DNA of 64,000 bases from a virus. The stretch lies in the IMG/VR virus record IMGVR_UViG_3300031885_000004, positions 17,510 through 81,509 of that record, one strand, 5' to 3'. Made by a program: the position numbers and the translations under genes. The notes beneath the pieces were generated by a model. It was not told where the DNA came from. It did not search any database and saw only the letters and a program-made list of their open reading frames with translations. This document shows positions 36,599 through 46,990 of this stretch, piece by piece (position 1 is the first letter of the stretch; each line of letters starts with the position of its first letter).

Positions 36599-37682
36599 AA
36601 ATAAGGGCGAAGGAGATTCTGAGTTTCCAGAGAACGAAGAGAATGAAGTAAACGAAGATTTGCAAGGTGCAGAAAATGCCATGGCTGCAATCAAAAAGAG
36701 ATTTGGTGACGGCGCGATTATTCGAGGTGATGGTACAATTATCAAAGACATAGAGTCTATATCTAGCGGGTCGTTGGCAGTAGACATAGCTCTTGGGATA
36801 GGTGGATTCCCAAAGGGTAGAATATGTGAAATATTCGGTGCGGAAGGTAGCGGGAAGACAACGCTTGCACTTTCGACGGTAGCTTGTGCACAAAGAGCCG
36901 GTGGAACAGCTGCATATATTGATGCCGAGCATGCCCTTGATCTTGGGTATTCTAAAGATATAGGCGTCAATATGAGCAAATTGTTAGTGTCTCAGCCAGA
37001 CTCTGGTGAAGAAGTATTGACGATCGCTGAAATCTTATGCAAATCGAAATCAGTCGATGTTATTATCATTGACTCAGTCGCCGCAATAGTACCAAAGGCA
37101 GAGTTAGATGGTGAAATTGGTGATTCGCATATCGCAGCGCAAGCAAGATTGATGTCACAATCTCTCAGAAAGATTAAGGGCGTTGTAAATCAGAGTAAAA
37201 CTGCTCTGATTTTTATCAACCAAATAAGAGAAAAAGCAGGAATGTCATTTGGAAACCCAGAGACTACGCCTGGTGGTCGAGCCCTAAAGTTTTATGCTTC
37301 AGTTAGAGTTGATCTAAGAAAGGTTGAGGGTATTAGGTTGTCATCAAAGGGCGAAGAGGCCCCGATTGGCCACATAGTTAGAGCGCACATAATCAAGAAC
37401 AAGGTTGCGTCACCATTCAAAAAAGCTGAATTTGAAATTTATTATGGCAAGGGTATCAGCGAAGAAGCTGACATCTTGAATCTTGGTGAGCAGTGCAAGA
37501 TCATCCAAAGGACAGGTAGCTGGCTTAGCTATGCATCGCAGAAGCTTGGACAGGGGAAGCAGCCCGCCATTAAGTATCTTAAGGACAATCCAAATATAGC
37601 TAAGGAGCTCAAAGAGATGATCTTGGATTTGATGATACCCAACAGGAAAAGGAGAGAAGAAGATGGCAGCGTCAAAGCCTAA
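36579..37682 (+). CDS. recA: RecA recombinase
   Basis: GAEGSGKTT, IDAEHALD, DSVAA, QARLMSQ, GGRALKFYASVR, KNKVA. Confidence 0.98.
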   Translation: MAKKRNKNKGEGDSEFPENEENEVNEDLQGAENAMAAIKKRFGDGAIIRGDGTIIKDIESISSGSLAVDIALGIGGFPKGRICEIFGAEGSGKTTLALSTVACAQRAGGTAAYIDAEHALDLGYSKDIGVNMSKLLVSQPDSGEEVLTIAEILCKSKSVDVIIIDSVAAIVPKAELDGEIGDSHIAAQARLMSQSLRKIKGVVNQSKTALIFINQIREKAGMSFGNPETTPGGRALKFYASVRVDLRKVEGIRLSSKGEEAPIGHIVRAHIIKNKVASPFKKAEFEIYYGKGISEEADILNLGEQCKIIQRTGSWLSYASQKLGQGKQPAIKYLKDNPNIAKELKEMILDLMIPNRKRREEDGSVKA

Positions 37683-37995
37683 CTGGGATATCGGAGATCT
37701 AGTTTATGTTGAAGCGTCTGCAAAAGTGGGGTTCTTGGAAGCCTATAAGGTTTCCAATATAGTCCGTGCAAGAGGCAGGTGGCTTTATACAATCGACGTC
37801 AATCAAAAACCACCATCGGAACCAACCGTGATGTCAATGGTAGACATCAAGAACACTGATCAGATATTCTTTGATGAAAGTGAACTCATTAATTACAAAG
37901 ACGCGCTTCTGCTCATGAAACGCTCGCTTGATATCAAAACCAAGCGCGTAAATCAACTAATTAAGAAGTATTTCCCAGAAGGAACTGAGACATGA
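37663..37995 (+). CDS. Hypothetical protein
   Basis: ORF within the operon. Confidence 0.65.
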   Translation: MAASKPNWDIGDLVYVEASAKVGFLEAYKVSNIVRARGRWLYTIDVNQKPPSEPTVMSMVDIKNTDQIFFDESELINYKDALLLMKRSLDIKTKRVNQLIKKYFPEGTET

Positions 37996-39341
37996 ACGAG
38001 GTATTGGGGAAAAGTGAAGAGAGGCCATTTGGGCCAAATGAAGAGAAGGCCATTATATCTTTGGCCTTTACTGCGCCGGAGTTCTTTAGTTCTGTTGGAC
38101 AGCATATAGATACAAAATATTTCCATCTACCAGAAGTTAAGTTCGTGCACGCAATTATCAGCTCGTTATACGAAAAACATGAAGTGATGCCAACACGAGA
38201 GATGGTGCGCGACATTGCAATGAAGCAATTGTCGGTGGATGATGACTATCAAAGAATATTAGACGTAGTAGATCGACCATCGGATCCAAGAGAAATACCA
38301 ACGATTAAAGATACTGTCATTGATTGGGCAAGAAGTAAGGCATATGGATTGCTATATGATGAAGAGGCTATAGACGCGTATGAGAGTGGCGATTATGATA
38401 AAATTTCAGAAATATTCGAAAACGCACAGAGAATTGTTGATGTATCACAAGCTGGAGATGAATTCTTCAAAACCTACAAGGATATTTTCAATCTAGATTT
38501 TGAGGAAAAATTAACGACTGGCTTCAGAGATCTAGATAGGCTTATTAACGAAGGTGGTCCAACTCGTGGGGAAGTATTTGTTTGGATGGCACCAACAGGG
38601 GTTGGCAAATCACTGACATTGGTCAATTCTGGTGCGATGTGTTTCAGATCTAATCTTAAAGTTCTGCATGTTACACTTGAACTTTCGAAAACCAAGACCA
38701 AGATAAGGTATGCAGGAGTTTTTAGTAGAATACCGACAACTCTAAGAATTCAGAATAAAGAAAAGGTTGAAGCGGCGATTGAAAAGGAAAGATCAAGCCA
38801 TACTGGCGACATAATAATATATGAATTTCCACCAGATGAAATTAGTGTCGATACTATATACCAGATAATAAAGTGGCTCAAAAAAAGTAAAAATTGGGTA
38901 GCTGATGTTGTAATTATTGACTATCTAGAACTAATGATGTCCAAAAGGTCTTATTACAACAAAGATGACTACGTTAGACAAAAAAGGGTTGCAACCGAGA
39001 TTAGAGGTCTTGCACAGAGCGAGCACGTTCTGGTTTTTACTGCCACGCAAACCAATAGAGAATTAGGCGCTAGGAAGGAAAAGAGTGAGGGAGGTGGCCA
39101 GGGTGGCGGAGGGGGCGGAGGCGGCGTGATCGATATAAATAGAGCAGCTGAATCGTATGGTAAGATGATGCCATCTGATTATGTGGTTAGCATTAATCAG
39201 AATTCAGAAGAGTATGCTGCTGGTAGATTTAGGTTTTATGTGGCCAAAAACAGAAATGGATTTAAATTTAAGACGATCAGTGCCAAAGTTGACTATAGCA
39301 CAATGATTGTCGAAGTAGATAAGATGCAGTCAATAACATAG
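37992..39341 (+). CDS. Replicative DnaB/gp41-like helicase
   Basis: APTGVGKS, TLE, IDYLELM, TATQTNR, AES, KNRNG. Confidence 0.93.
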   Translation: MNEVLGKSEERPFGPNEEKAIISLAFTAPEFFSSVGQHIDTKYFHLPEVKFVHAIISSLYEKHEVMPTREMVRDIAMKQLSVDDDYQRILDVVDRPSDPREIPTIKDTVIDWARSKAYGLLYDEEAIDAYESGDYDKISEIFENAQRIVDVSQAGDEFFKTYKDIFNLDFEEKLTTGFRDLDRLINEGGPTRGEVFVWMAPTGVGKSLTLVNSGAMCFRSNLKVLHVTLELSKTKTKIRYAGVFSRIPTTLRIQNKEKVEAAIEKERSSHTGDIIIYEFPPDEISVDTIYQIIKWLKKSKNWVADVVIIDYLELMMSKRSYYNKDDYVRQKRVATEIRGLAQSEHVLVFTATQTNRELGARKEKSEGGGQGGGGGGGGVIDINRAAESYGKMMPSDYVVSINQNSEEYAAGRFRFYVAKNRNGFKFKTISAKVDYSTMIVEVDKMQSIT

Positions 39342-39350
39342 GACATAAAT

Positions 39351-39728
39351 ATGCCAAGATATAATTACGCATGCCAGAGTGGTTGCAAATTGTCAGATGT
39401 CAAGAGTGAGCTAAAAGACGTTGTGATAATTGTGGCCAAATCTGGTAGGCTGATCTGGGAAGAAGCACACAGTATTAAAATCACACCTTCTATTAAATGC
39501 CCTCTATGCAGAGGCGCGGCATCAATAACACTTGAGGGGGTGCTTGCGCCTGTATCTTATATAAGAGGTTACGGCTATCTCGACAAAGCTGGGTGCAGAC
39601 GGAACATGAACTTGCACAAGTTGACAACAGATGATCCGTATGCACACATGCGAGAACGAGGAGAGGCAGACGACCTCAAGTGTCGGCTTAAAAAGGGTAA
39701 AACACCAGTCAAGAAGTATTTCGCATAA
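39351..39728 (+). CDS. FmdB-like Zn-ribbon protein
   Basis: MPRYNYAC...CPLC. Confidence 0.65.
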   Translation: MPRYNYACQSGCKLSDVKSELKDVVIIVAKSGRLIWEEAHSIKITPSIKCPLCRGAASITLEGVLAPVSYIRGYGYLDKAGCRRNMNLHKLTTDDPYAHMRERGEADDLKCRLKKGKTPVKKYFA

Positions 39729-40837
39729 TGTTATTATTAACAGCCTTCGACTACACAAAATATCCATATAAACCGTTATTGTCGTTACTTAAAATTGGCG
39801 ACAGGACGGAAATTTTTTATTTATATGCCAAAGGGTCCAACCGGAAGATATACGATGTAACCTCTGACATATTTGCTATTGGGAATATCGTGGACTCATC
39901 GCAGGAACCAGTGTACCTTAATGACGCTAAATCGCATATAATTGCATTTAATTTACGAAATAATCATAATCTATACCAACTAACAGCCGCCATACCCACA
40001 CTAAGCAACAATAGATATATAGAGCTATTTAATTCAATTGCTTTAGTTGACCTTAAACCAGATAGATGGAGGAACCTACTCGGCGCCAGTTCCTCCACAT
40101 ACATATCAATGGAAAGGAAGCCGATATTTCTCGATGAAATAAAAGTACAACCGATCTACGCACTTGATACTTATACTGGTAGATCTAGGTGTCATAACTA
40201 TAACATCCAAGGTGCTCCGGAAGACACTCCAATCAGAACGGAAGATGCAGATAACTTATTCATATGCTGCGATTGGATGGCTGCAGAAATTAGGGCTGCA
40301 GCCTTACTGTCTCATGATGAATTGTTAAATGAAAGTTTTATAAAATCAGATCCACATACGATGTTATCGGAGGAGCTTGGTATTCCAAGAGATGAATGCA
40401 AACGCCTATATATGCGCACGATTTATTCTATTGATCTTGATTCCCCAATCTTGGAAATATATCCAAAGTTAAAAGAGTGGATGCAGAATCAGCTAAACGC
40501 GCTGGAAAGGGATGGCTCTTTATGCTCGCCTCTTGGTCGAAAATTTAAATTGGGTAGTCGTGACACCAAAAGCGTATTTAATGCGGTATTGCAAGGGACG
40601 GTTGCCCACGCGATGCAATCATCATTAATAAAATTGTCTGATAAATTAAAAGCATATATGCTCACTGAAACACATGACTCAATCATATTCTCTTGTAGAT
40701 CAGGGCTTGTGCCGCACGTAATAAAAGAAGCAACACAGGTGATGTTAAGACCATTGACTGAAATGGATACGTTCCCTCTTAGAGTTTATGTTGGGCGTCA
40801 ATGGAAGAAGTGGAAACTATATAGGGAATATAGATGA
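39728..40837 (+). CDS. Short family A DNA polymerase (polymerase domain only)
   Basis: TGR, NIQ, motif A DWMAAEIR, motif B RxxxKxxxxxxxY, NxxxQG, motif C THDS. Confidence 0.85.
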   Translation: MLLLTAFDYTKYPYKPLLSLLKIGDRTEIFYLYAKGSNRKIYDVTSDIFAIGNIVDSSQEPVYLNDAKSHIIAFNLRNNHNLYQLTAAIPTLSNNRYIELFNSIALVDLKPDRWRNLLGASSSTYISMERKPIFLDEIKVQPIYALDTYTGRSRCHNYNIQGAPEDTPIRTEDADNLFICCDWMAAEIRAAALLSHDELLNESFIKSDPHTMLSEELGIPRDECKRLYMRTIYSIDLDSPILEIYPKLKEWMQNQLNALERDGSLCSPLGRKFKLGSRDTKSVFNAVLQGTVAHAMQSSLIKLSDKLKAYMLTETHDSIIFSCRSGLVPHVIKEATQVMLRPLTEMDTFPLRVYVGRQWKKWKLYREYR

Positions 40838-41313
40838 AGGATTGGTTTTCAGAAAACGTGCCAGAGGATATCGCCAAACGTATAGTGCGTATCAGGGCTG
40901 AGATTGGTGAGGATCAGGTAGTAGATAGAGATTTTAGGCCAGACTTAGCGATCGACTATGAAACGCTTGAAGAATCATTGATGACGGCTCCGCAAACTTT
41001 TGCGTTCTGGGCGATGGTCTATAGCGAACAAAAAGCATATGTGGCAAAACTTGATAGAATATCAAAGCGTAGAAGAGCACAAATATACGATCTAATAATT
41101 GAAGAATCGCAGAAAAAGTCTGTTAAAGTACCAGAGAAAATACTTCGAGAGCTAGTCGAAAAAGACGATAAGCTATTGGAAATTGAGAGCAAATTAATAT
41201 TGGCTAATCGTACTCTTGGCAAACTTTTCAACATTGTCGATGCGATGAAACTCAAAGTTGAGGCATTGCGATCGTTGGCTGGATTCAAAAGGCAAGAGCA
41301 ATCAGCACCGTAA
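40834..41313 (+). CDS. UvsY-like recombination mediator
   Basis: Helical protein of about 160 aa between the polymerase and SSB genes. Confidence 0.5.
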   Translation: MKDWFSENVPEDIAKRIVRIRAEIGEDQVVDRDFRPDLAIDYETLEESLMTAPQTFAFWAMVYSEQKAYVAKLDRISKRRRAQIYDLIIEESQKKSVKVPEKILRELVEKDDKLLEIESKLILANRTLGKLFNIVDAMKLKVEALRSLAGFKRQEQSAP

Positions 41314-41324
41314 GGAGATTTCAA

Positions 41325-42521
41325 ATGCAAGAGTCTGAAAAGAAGAAAATGCTCGAGAAGATGCGCCAGCGCATGAAGGACGAAAAGGGCAGCTCTAGGG
41401 ACCCAGCGATGTTTAGGGTTCCGAACACTAAACCGAACGAAACATTTAAGTATCGATTTGTAGTGCTTCCCGGTATTGCCAAAGGCCAGAAATGCATCAC
41501 TGGTGAAGCGTCTGCAACTATGGATGAGCGCCAATGGCCCGGTGAAGATGGAACAATTAAGAAGATGCCATGGTTCTGCGTTAGCGGCGGTCTTCACTGG
41601 ATTGATCGCAGGCCATATGGTTGTCCAAGGTTATTCGATAAAGCTAAATGCCCTTGGTGCGAACTCGGATTTGAACTTCGCAGAGAGTGCGATGTTGAAG
41701 ACAAAAAGCGAGCACTCGCCAAGCTATATCTCCCCAGGACAATGTCTGCAGTGAATATTTATTTCCCTCCATCGAACGTCAATCCCGCTGATCTTCATGG
41801 GAAGGTCATGTGGTATCAAATGCCAAAGACCGTTTTCGATAAGATGGAAGAGTGTTGGATGCGTGACGGTCCTGGCGATGATCCAGAAAATGACCCAAAA
41901 CCCTACGGCATGTTCTGGGATCCAGAGGATTGTTTAATATTCCAGGTTGAAGTCACACACAAGAGTGGTTATAACAACTATGAAAGCTCAAAATTCCTGG
42001 TCAAGCGCCACAGGCTTGCCGAAACACCAGAGGAAATTCAGGCAATCCTCGATCAGCGCCACGATATCGTAGCCAAGTTCCCGCCTAGAAATGCCAAGGA
42101 ACTCGCAGACTTACTCGAGAAGGTTGGTCAAGGCGAAATCCCGAAGACTAGTGGCGCTGATGGCGACGAAGACGAAGAACTTCCAGAGCAGAAGAGCGCA
42201 CCAAAGGCAGCACCATCCAAATCTGCTCAGCAGAAAGCGGCCCCTGCTCCTGCGGCACCGGCACCGGCGGCACCAGCACCGGCACCTGCTCCTGCGGCAC
42301 CGGCACCTGCTCCTGCGGCACCGGCACCTGCCCCAGCACCAAAGGCATCAAAGCCAAAACCCACCATCGATGAAGACGATGGTATGCCGTCAAGCAGCAA
42401 AAAGCCTGCTCCTCCGACCACAGCACCGGCAGCCGCTAAGGCTAAGGCCACGAGCTCAGTAGATGAAGTGGATGATCCTGAGCTAAAGAAGCTGCTAAAC
42501 GAGGTCAGGGAAGAGATATAG
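41325..42521 (+). CDS. gp32-like single-stranded DNA-binding protein
   Basis: RFVVLP, H/C..CPWCE Zn site, NNYESSKF, Pro/Ala linker, acidic tail. Confidence 0.8.
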   Translation: MQESEKKKMLEKMRQRMKDEKGSSRDPAMFRVPNTKPNETFKYRFVVLPGIAKGQKCITGEASATMDERQWPGEDGTIKKMPWFCVSGGLHWIDRRPYGCPRLFDKAKCPWCELGFELRRECDVEDKKRALAKLYLPRTMSAVNIYFPPSNVNPADLHGKVMWYQMPKTVFDKMEECWMRDGPGDDPENDPKPYGMFWDPEDCLIFQVEVTHKSGYNNYESSKFLVKRHRLAETPEEIQAILDQRHDIVAKFPPRNAKELADLLEKVGQGEIPKTSGADGDEDEELPEQKSAPKAAPSKSAQQKAAPAPAAPAPAAPAPAPAPAAPAPAPAAPAPAPAPKASKPKPTIDEDDGMPSSSKKPAPPTTAPAAAKAKATSSVDEVDDPELKKLLNEVREEI

Positions 42522-42527
42522 GCTTTC

Positions 42528-43451
42528 ATGCGAAGCTGTGAGCACCTATTAATTGATGGCAAGAATGCCATATATCGTGCTATATTTGCTGGATATGGGG
42601 ATCCAGCATTTAAAGCGACCGGATATGACTATTTCGTAATAATGGTTAGATTTATTGGTAGTTATATTTCATTATTTAATCCTCATAATGTACATATATT
42701 TTGGGATGGACCTAGAGATAAAATATGGAGGAAAGCGATAATTCAAGAGTATAAGGAGCACAGAGCAGAAAAATACAAAGATCTTGAAATCGATATTCAT
42801 AGCGAGTTAAAAAGACAAGTTGGTTTATCAATCGTAGCCTTCAAATATTTGAATTGTAGACAATATTATAGAGAAGGTATGGAGGCTGACGATCTTATAT
42901 ATTCATTCTGCACGCTAAATCGCGAATCAACTGTGATAATATCAAGCGACCAAGATTTCAGGCAGATAAGTTACAAAATGGATCATGTTCATATATATAA
43001 TCCATTATCAAAAGAACCGCAGGTAGAGCCAAAGCCGGATGTCGATGTGGTAATTGTTAAGTCGCTTATGGGAGATAAGTCAGATAATATTATCGGGTAT
43101 TACAATATTGGGCCAGTCAAGTCAACAGAAATGGCTAAAGATAAGCCTAAGATGCAGGAGTTCCTTAGGTCAAATAAAGCAATTGTTATGGTTGATGGCG
43201 AGCCTAAGGTAGTAGGTGATTCGCTGTTTATGAGAAATAGACGAATTATTGATTTATCGTGGTGCCCGCACATTGCGGATAATTGTGAGTATGTGGAATA
43301 TAAACAGCAAACTATGATAATCTTAGATCAAAAAAAGGTTGAAAATATGGCAAATCAGAATAGAGTGCGCGGCTTACCTTCCGATTTACCAAGATATATA
43401 CCACAATTTATGGCTTTAGCGTCACCACGACATACTGGTCAATGTGATTAG
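42528..43451 (+). CDS. 5'-3' exonuclease / FEN (T4 RNase H-like)
   Basis: LLIDG.N, WDG, YK..R, EADD, SSDQDF, GDKSDNI.G...IG. Confidence 0.93.
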   Translation: MRSCEHLLIDGKNAIYRAIFAGYGDPAFKATGYDYFVIMVRFIGSYISLFNPHNVHIFWDGPRDKIWRKAIIQEYKEHRAEKYKDLEIDIHSELKRQVGLSIVAFKYLNCRQYYREGMEADDLIYSFCTLNRESTVIISSDQDFRQISYKMDHVHIYNPLSKEPQVEPKPDVDVVIVKSLMGDKSDNIIGYYNIGPVKSTEMAKDKPKMQEFLRSNKAIVMVDGEPKVVGDSLFMRNRRIIDLSWCPHIADNCEYVEYKQQTMIILDQKKVENMANQNRVRGLPSDLPRYIPQFMALASPRHTGQCD

Positions 43452-43653
43452 GTATGAATCCGTCAGCCACTTCTAGTTCAAGATAATCTTTAAGTGTTGG
43501 ATTATTGGCTGTATTTGGGATTGTGTTATCTTCTATGACTCTATGCTGAGTCTCGAACGATAGATTCTCCTGAATTGTGGACTGCTTTTTAATCACACCG
43601 CCGCCAGGCTTCACTCTTACCATTCCAACGTAGGCAACGTGTACTTGCGCCAT
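43408..43653 (-). CDS. Hypothetical protein
   Basis: AAGGAGG SD. Confidence 0.7.
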   Translation of the reverse strand: MAQVHVAYVGMVRVKPGGGVIKKQSTIQENLSFETQHRVIEDNTIPNTANNPTLKDYLELEVADGFIPNHIDQYVVVTLKP

Positions 43654-43654
43654 G

Positions 43655-44098
43655 TTAGCCTCCTTCGTCCATACTTACTTTTGATTGTTTAGTTTCTATG
43701 AGCGCATATTCTTTCGACATAATTTCGAAAGTTTCCTTAAATGTGATCTGGTTCTTCCTACTTGGTTCTTGTGCCAATAACCATTCCCATCTATTTGGTA
43801 AATTATTACAAAGCCATTTATAAAACGCCACCGGTGCCTTATGCGGCGATAGCTCAAACGAATATTTATGATGCGATGCGCAAATCGCCAAGCCATTCAT
43901 TACCGCGTGGCGATGCGAATACATTTCTCTTGGGATCATATGGTGTGCTTGGACATATATTTCTGAGCCGCACACCGCGCATTTTCCATTGCCGACAATA
44001 AATACAAGCTTCCTCCAAATATTGTCAGCCTTATTTCTCCACAACCTTGAGTTGTGGTCATCCCTCTTCTTTTGTAATTTACTCTTCTTAAGCTTCAT
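43655..44098 (-). CDS. HNH/NinG-like nuclease
   Basis: CAVCG...AHH...NGLAICASHH. Confidence 0.75.
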   Translation of the reverse strand: MKLKKSKLQKKRDDHNSRLWRNKADNIWRKLVFIVGNGKCAVCGSEIYVQAHHMIPREMYSHRHAVMNGLAICASHHKYSFELSPHKAPVAFYKWLCNNLPNRWEWLLAQEPSRKNQITFKETFEIMSKEYALIETKQSKVSMDEGG

Positions 44099-44183
44099 AT
44101 AATATATACTTATGCACTTGTATGCGTATATATTAGTGCGCTCCCATGTGCCAAAAATAACTTAGTCATTTGGGAGAGTCGCC

Positions 44184-44372
44184 ATGGCATGCTGTGGAAG
44201 AGCTCGCGGAATTAAGATTCAACTCAACAATGGAATTAGGAGTGGTAGAGATAAATGCCCAGTATGTGGAACGCAACTAAGAACAATATATGCCTTTGAT
44301 CCTATAACCAAAAAACAAAACGTCCAAAAGAAATGCTCAAATCCAAAATGTAACTACCGGAGAAAGATTTAA
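44184..44372 (+). CDS. Small Cys-rich protein
   Basis: MACCG, CPVC, CSNPKC; SD and CAAAAATA upstream. Confidence 0.65.
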   Translation: MACCGRARGIKIQLNNGIRSGRDKCPVCGTQLRTIYAFDPITKKQNVQKKCSNPKCNYRRKI

Positions 44373-44938
44373 TGGCCAAATATATGGCAATATGGGTAGC
44401 TGCCATAATATTTATAGAGGCGGTAGTCGAAATAGAAGTAGAATCGGAGCTATTCAAAGCAATCCGCGCCAGGCTTATGCCATCAGAGCACTCACGATTC
44501 ATCACTATTAGATGGTACATAAACGGGTTATTCAGCTGTGGATATTGTTTGTCTGTTTGGGTTAGCGCAATAGTTGCGTTATTTGTGCCAACTAAGTTTA
44601 TCAACGATGGGATGGGGTCATTGCTATCTGAAATTGTTGATTGCCCGATCATTTTTATGGTATCTAGTTATATAATAAGTGTATTTGTGCTCCATAGGTT
44701 TTCGAATTGTTTGCACGAATTAATTCATAGATGGATCAATCGAATGCCATACATCATGGCATTTAGACCAGTATCTGATTTCAGTATAACGAATGACATC
44801 GTTGGAGGCATCAATGGAAAACCCACCACAGATAACGGACGTGGTGCTGAAGAACGAATCGGAATTGAACCAACTATTAGTAAACTTCCAACCATCGAGC
44901 AAGAGCCACGTCCGGAAGACTCTAATGGACGGGTTTGA
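44372..44938 (+). CDS. DUF1360-like membrane protein
   Basis: Transmembrane segments; LFSCGYCLSVW. Confidence 0.65.
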   Translation: MAKYMAIWVAAIIFIEAVVEIEVESELFKAIRARLMPSEHSRFITIRWYINGLFSCGYCLSVWVSAIVALFVPTKFINDGMGSLLSEIVDCPIIFMVSSYIISVFVLHRFSNCLHELIHRWINRMPYIMAFRPVSDFSITNDIVGGINGKPTTDNGRGAEERIGIEPTISKLPTIEQEPRPEDSNGRV

Positions 44939-45170
44939 ATCGTTGCGTAAGAGAGTAGAAATTAGTGGTAAGTTGGATGACATTGACTATACAAGATTTG
45001 GGGAATTCCAGCCAGCTCCAATGCACCTAAACCTATCAATTAGATCTCTAGATAACTTCATTAAAAGAAGGATGGGTGGCGAGAGGGTTGATCTTAAGAT
45101 TCAATGGACAATTGGCCAGACTAAATTCACATTTGATCCCTGGAGTGGTTGCCTTGAAAGAAGTTCTTGA
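44793..45170 (+). CDS. Hypothetical protein
   Basis: ORF; the real start is probably the internal ATG after GGAGG. Confidence 0.55.
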   Translation: MTSLEASMENPPQITDVVLKNESELNQLLVNFQPSSKSHVRKTLMDGFESLRKRVEISGKLDDIDYTRFGEFQPAPMHLNLSIRSLDNFIKRRMGGERVDLKIQWTIGQTKFTFDPWSGCLERSS

Positions 45171-45326
45171 AGTTGCGATTGTTGGTGTCGGTATAGCATC
45201 GGTGTGGTTCTATATCAGAAGTCTCGTGACGGGTGATCTTACGCCCAGATCATTTATGAGATGGGGCGCAATCATAATACCAATTAGTATTTTAATGTCT
45301 GGTGGATTAAAGGCACTACATATTAT

Positions 45327-45632
45327 ATGATAAAATCATTTCAAGTCGGGTTGGCGCAGTACATGCCGATTCAAGAGTGGGAGCCAGAGGTTGGCGATAT
45401 TATAATATACCACGGGTGGATTGTGCATTGGTTTGGTTTGATAAACCAAATCGAACCTAATGGTATCGTTAGCGTTGTCAGAGCAGGGATACCGATTCTG
45501 TTACTAACGATGGGCCAATCTAAGATGAGCAAATCAATCTCTAAAATTGACTCAGATGAAATAAAATTGTCAACTGGTGGTAAATATGCAGTTGTAAAGA
45601 ATGTTAGAAATGCAACAGTCTGGTACGTCTAA
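45327..45632 (+). CDS. Hypothetical protein
   Basis: ORF within the operon. Confidence 0.6.
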   Translation: MIKSFQVGLAQYMPIQEWEPEVGDIIIYHGWIVHWFGLINQIEPNGIVSVVRAGIPILLLTMGQSKMSKSISKIDSDEIKLSTGGKYAVVKNVRNATVWYV

Positions 45633-46143
45633 AATCCCTTCCATAATAGCATATCCAGAAATATTACATATCGATAGAGTTCCAGAGCTGAAAGATAGGC
45701 TAGTTTATATCATAAGATCATATAAGCTAGATGGAACTTCTATATTAATCTTTAGGAATAGTGGTAAAATCGGAATAAGGTTTGGTGATTTTGCTGGAAA
45801 TATAATTGAACCAGAAAAGTTAGATAAGAAATTCGCCGCTAATTATGTTGGTCCACTAGTCGATTTAATGAATCGAGCAAGAATACCGCAAGCGCAATTT
45901 TATTTTTCTGGTGATATATTGGTTGACATTAGAACACATTTAGATAAGATGTCTGGACCCGGCATGGTTAAAGAACTATGCTCTAAAATAATCCCAACAC
46001 AGGAGATAATTGCTATTAAAAAATTAGACGATGGCTTGCTGAAAGAACTTCCATCAATGGGCCAAGTTATATTAAAACATAGTTCATTCAAAATTATTGT
46101 AAGAGGAGATAAATTCTTACCACTTTATGCGAGGTCGGGATGA
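45601..46143 (+). CDS. Hypothetical protein
   Basis: ORF within the operon. Confidence 0.65.
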   Translation: MLEMQQSGTSKIPSIIAYPEILHIDRVPELKDRLVYIIRSYKLDGTSILIFRNSGKIGIRFGDFAGNIIEPEKLDKKFAANYVGPLVDLMNRARIPQAQFYFSGDILVDIRTHLDKMSGPGMVKELCSKIIPTQEIIAIKKLDDGLLKELPSMGQVILKHSSFKIIVRGDKFLPLYARSG

Positions 46144-46574
46144 GAAGGCTATCATCTGCGCAGCGAAGGATTATTTCCGAGCAAGAGACGCTTGGGGTAG
46201 ATAAGTTAAAACCCACAATAAAACCCACAATAAAACCCACAATAAAACCCACACCAAAGCCAGAGCCAGCTGGTGATGAACTTGCAACACTCGAGCTGCC
46301 TGAGCTAACAGAACCACCAGCTGATCAGCCTGAAATTGGTGATGTAGAACTATTACAAAAATGCAGAGAATATTTAGAAGAATCAATCTCCAATCTCAAT
46401 AAAATCGGAATCATACTTGGCGCGAGGTTAAAAGATTTCTCAACAAGAGAAAGTTTACTAGCCGTTAATAGTCAACTAGATAAAGTGATCGACGCAGTAA
46501 ATGAAAGAATTCTTAGGCAGGCTTCTAAAGATGGATATGATGTCAGCGCGATGCTTCCAGGAGAGCAGAAATGA
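46140..46574 (+). CDS. Hypothetical protein with KPTI repeats
   Basis: ATGA coupling; 12-bp repeats at about 46207-46255. Confidence 0.65.
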   Translation: MRRLSSAQRRIISEQETLGVDKLKPTIKPTIKPTIKPTPKPEPAGDELATLELPELTEPPADQPEIGDVELLQKCREYLEESISNLNKIGIILGARLKDFSTRESLLAVNSQLDKVIDAVNERILRQASKDGYDVSAMLPGEQK

Positions 46575-46957
46575 AGCTAGATCTATTATATGAGACGACC
46601 GTAGTTGGTGCCATAGCAATTAAGCCAGCAGCCTTTGATGGCGATGGTAAGATTGACATTGTAAGACCAAGAGGGAGACAAAGGTGGTATTTGGCGTATG
46701 CAAACGACAGTTACACCGATGGTTTGATGGAAAAGAAGGATTCAACAACTCAAAAGGAAACTATACAAGTTGGTGATCAACCAAAGAATGTCAAAACATT
46801 AGTCTGGCAACCGCAAAAGACAGGTGGAATGACCAACAAATCATTATATATACCAAAGGGTACGATAGAATCCAAACCATATGGTGGTAGTGAAATGTGG
46901 CACACAAATAACCCAGCCAAACATCATGATGAACATATCCTAAAGCCATCCCGGTGA
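46571..46957 (+). CDS. Hypothetical protein with MKL..E leader
   Basis: MKLDLLYE. Confidence 0.7.
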   Translation: MKLDLLYETTVVGAIAIKPAAFDGDGKIDIVRPRGRQRWYLAYANDSYTDGLMEKKDSTTQKETIQVGDQPKNVKTLVWQPQKTGGMTNKSLYIPKGTIESKPYGGSEMWHTNNPAKHHDEHILKPSR

Positions 46958-46990
46958 TATATAAAATGGTTAAGATGCACACGAGGGCGT

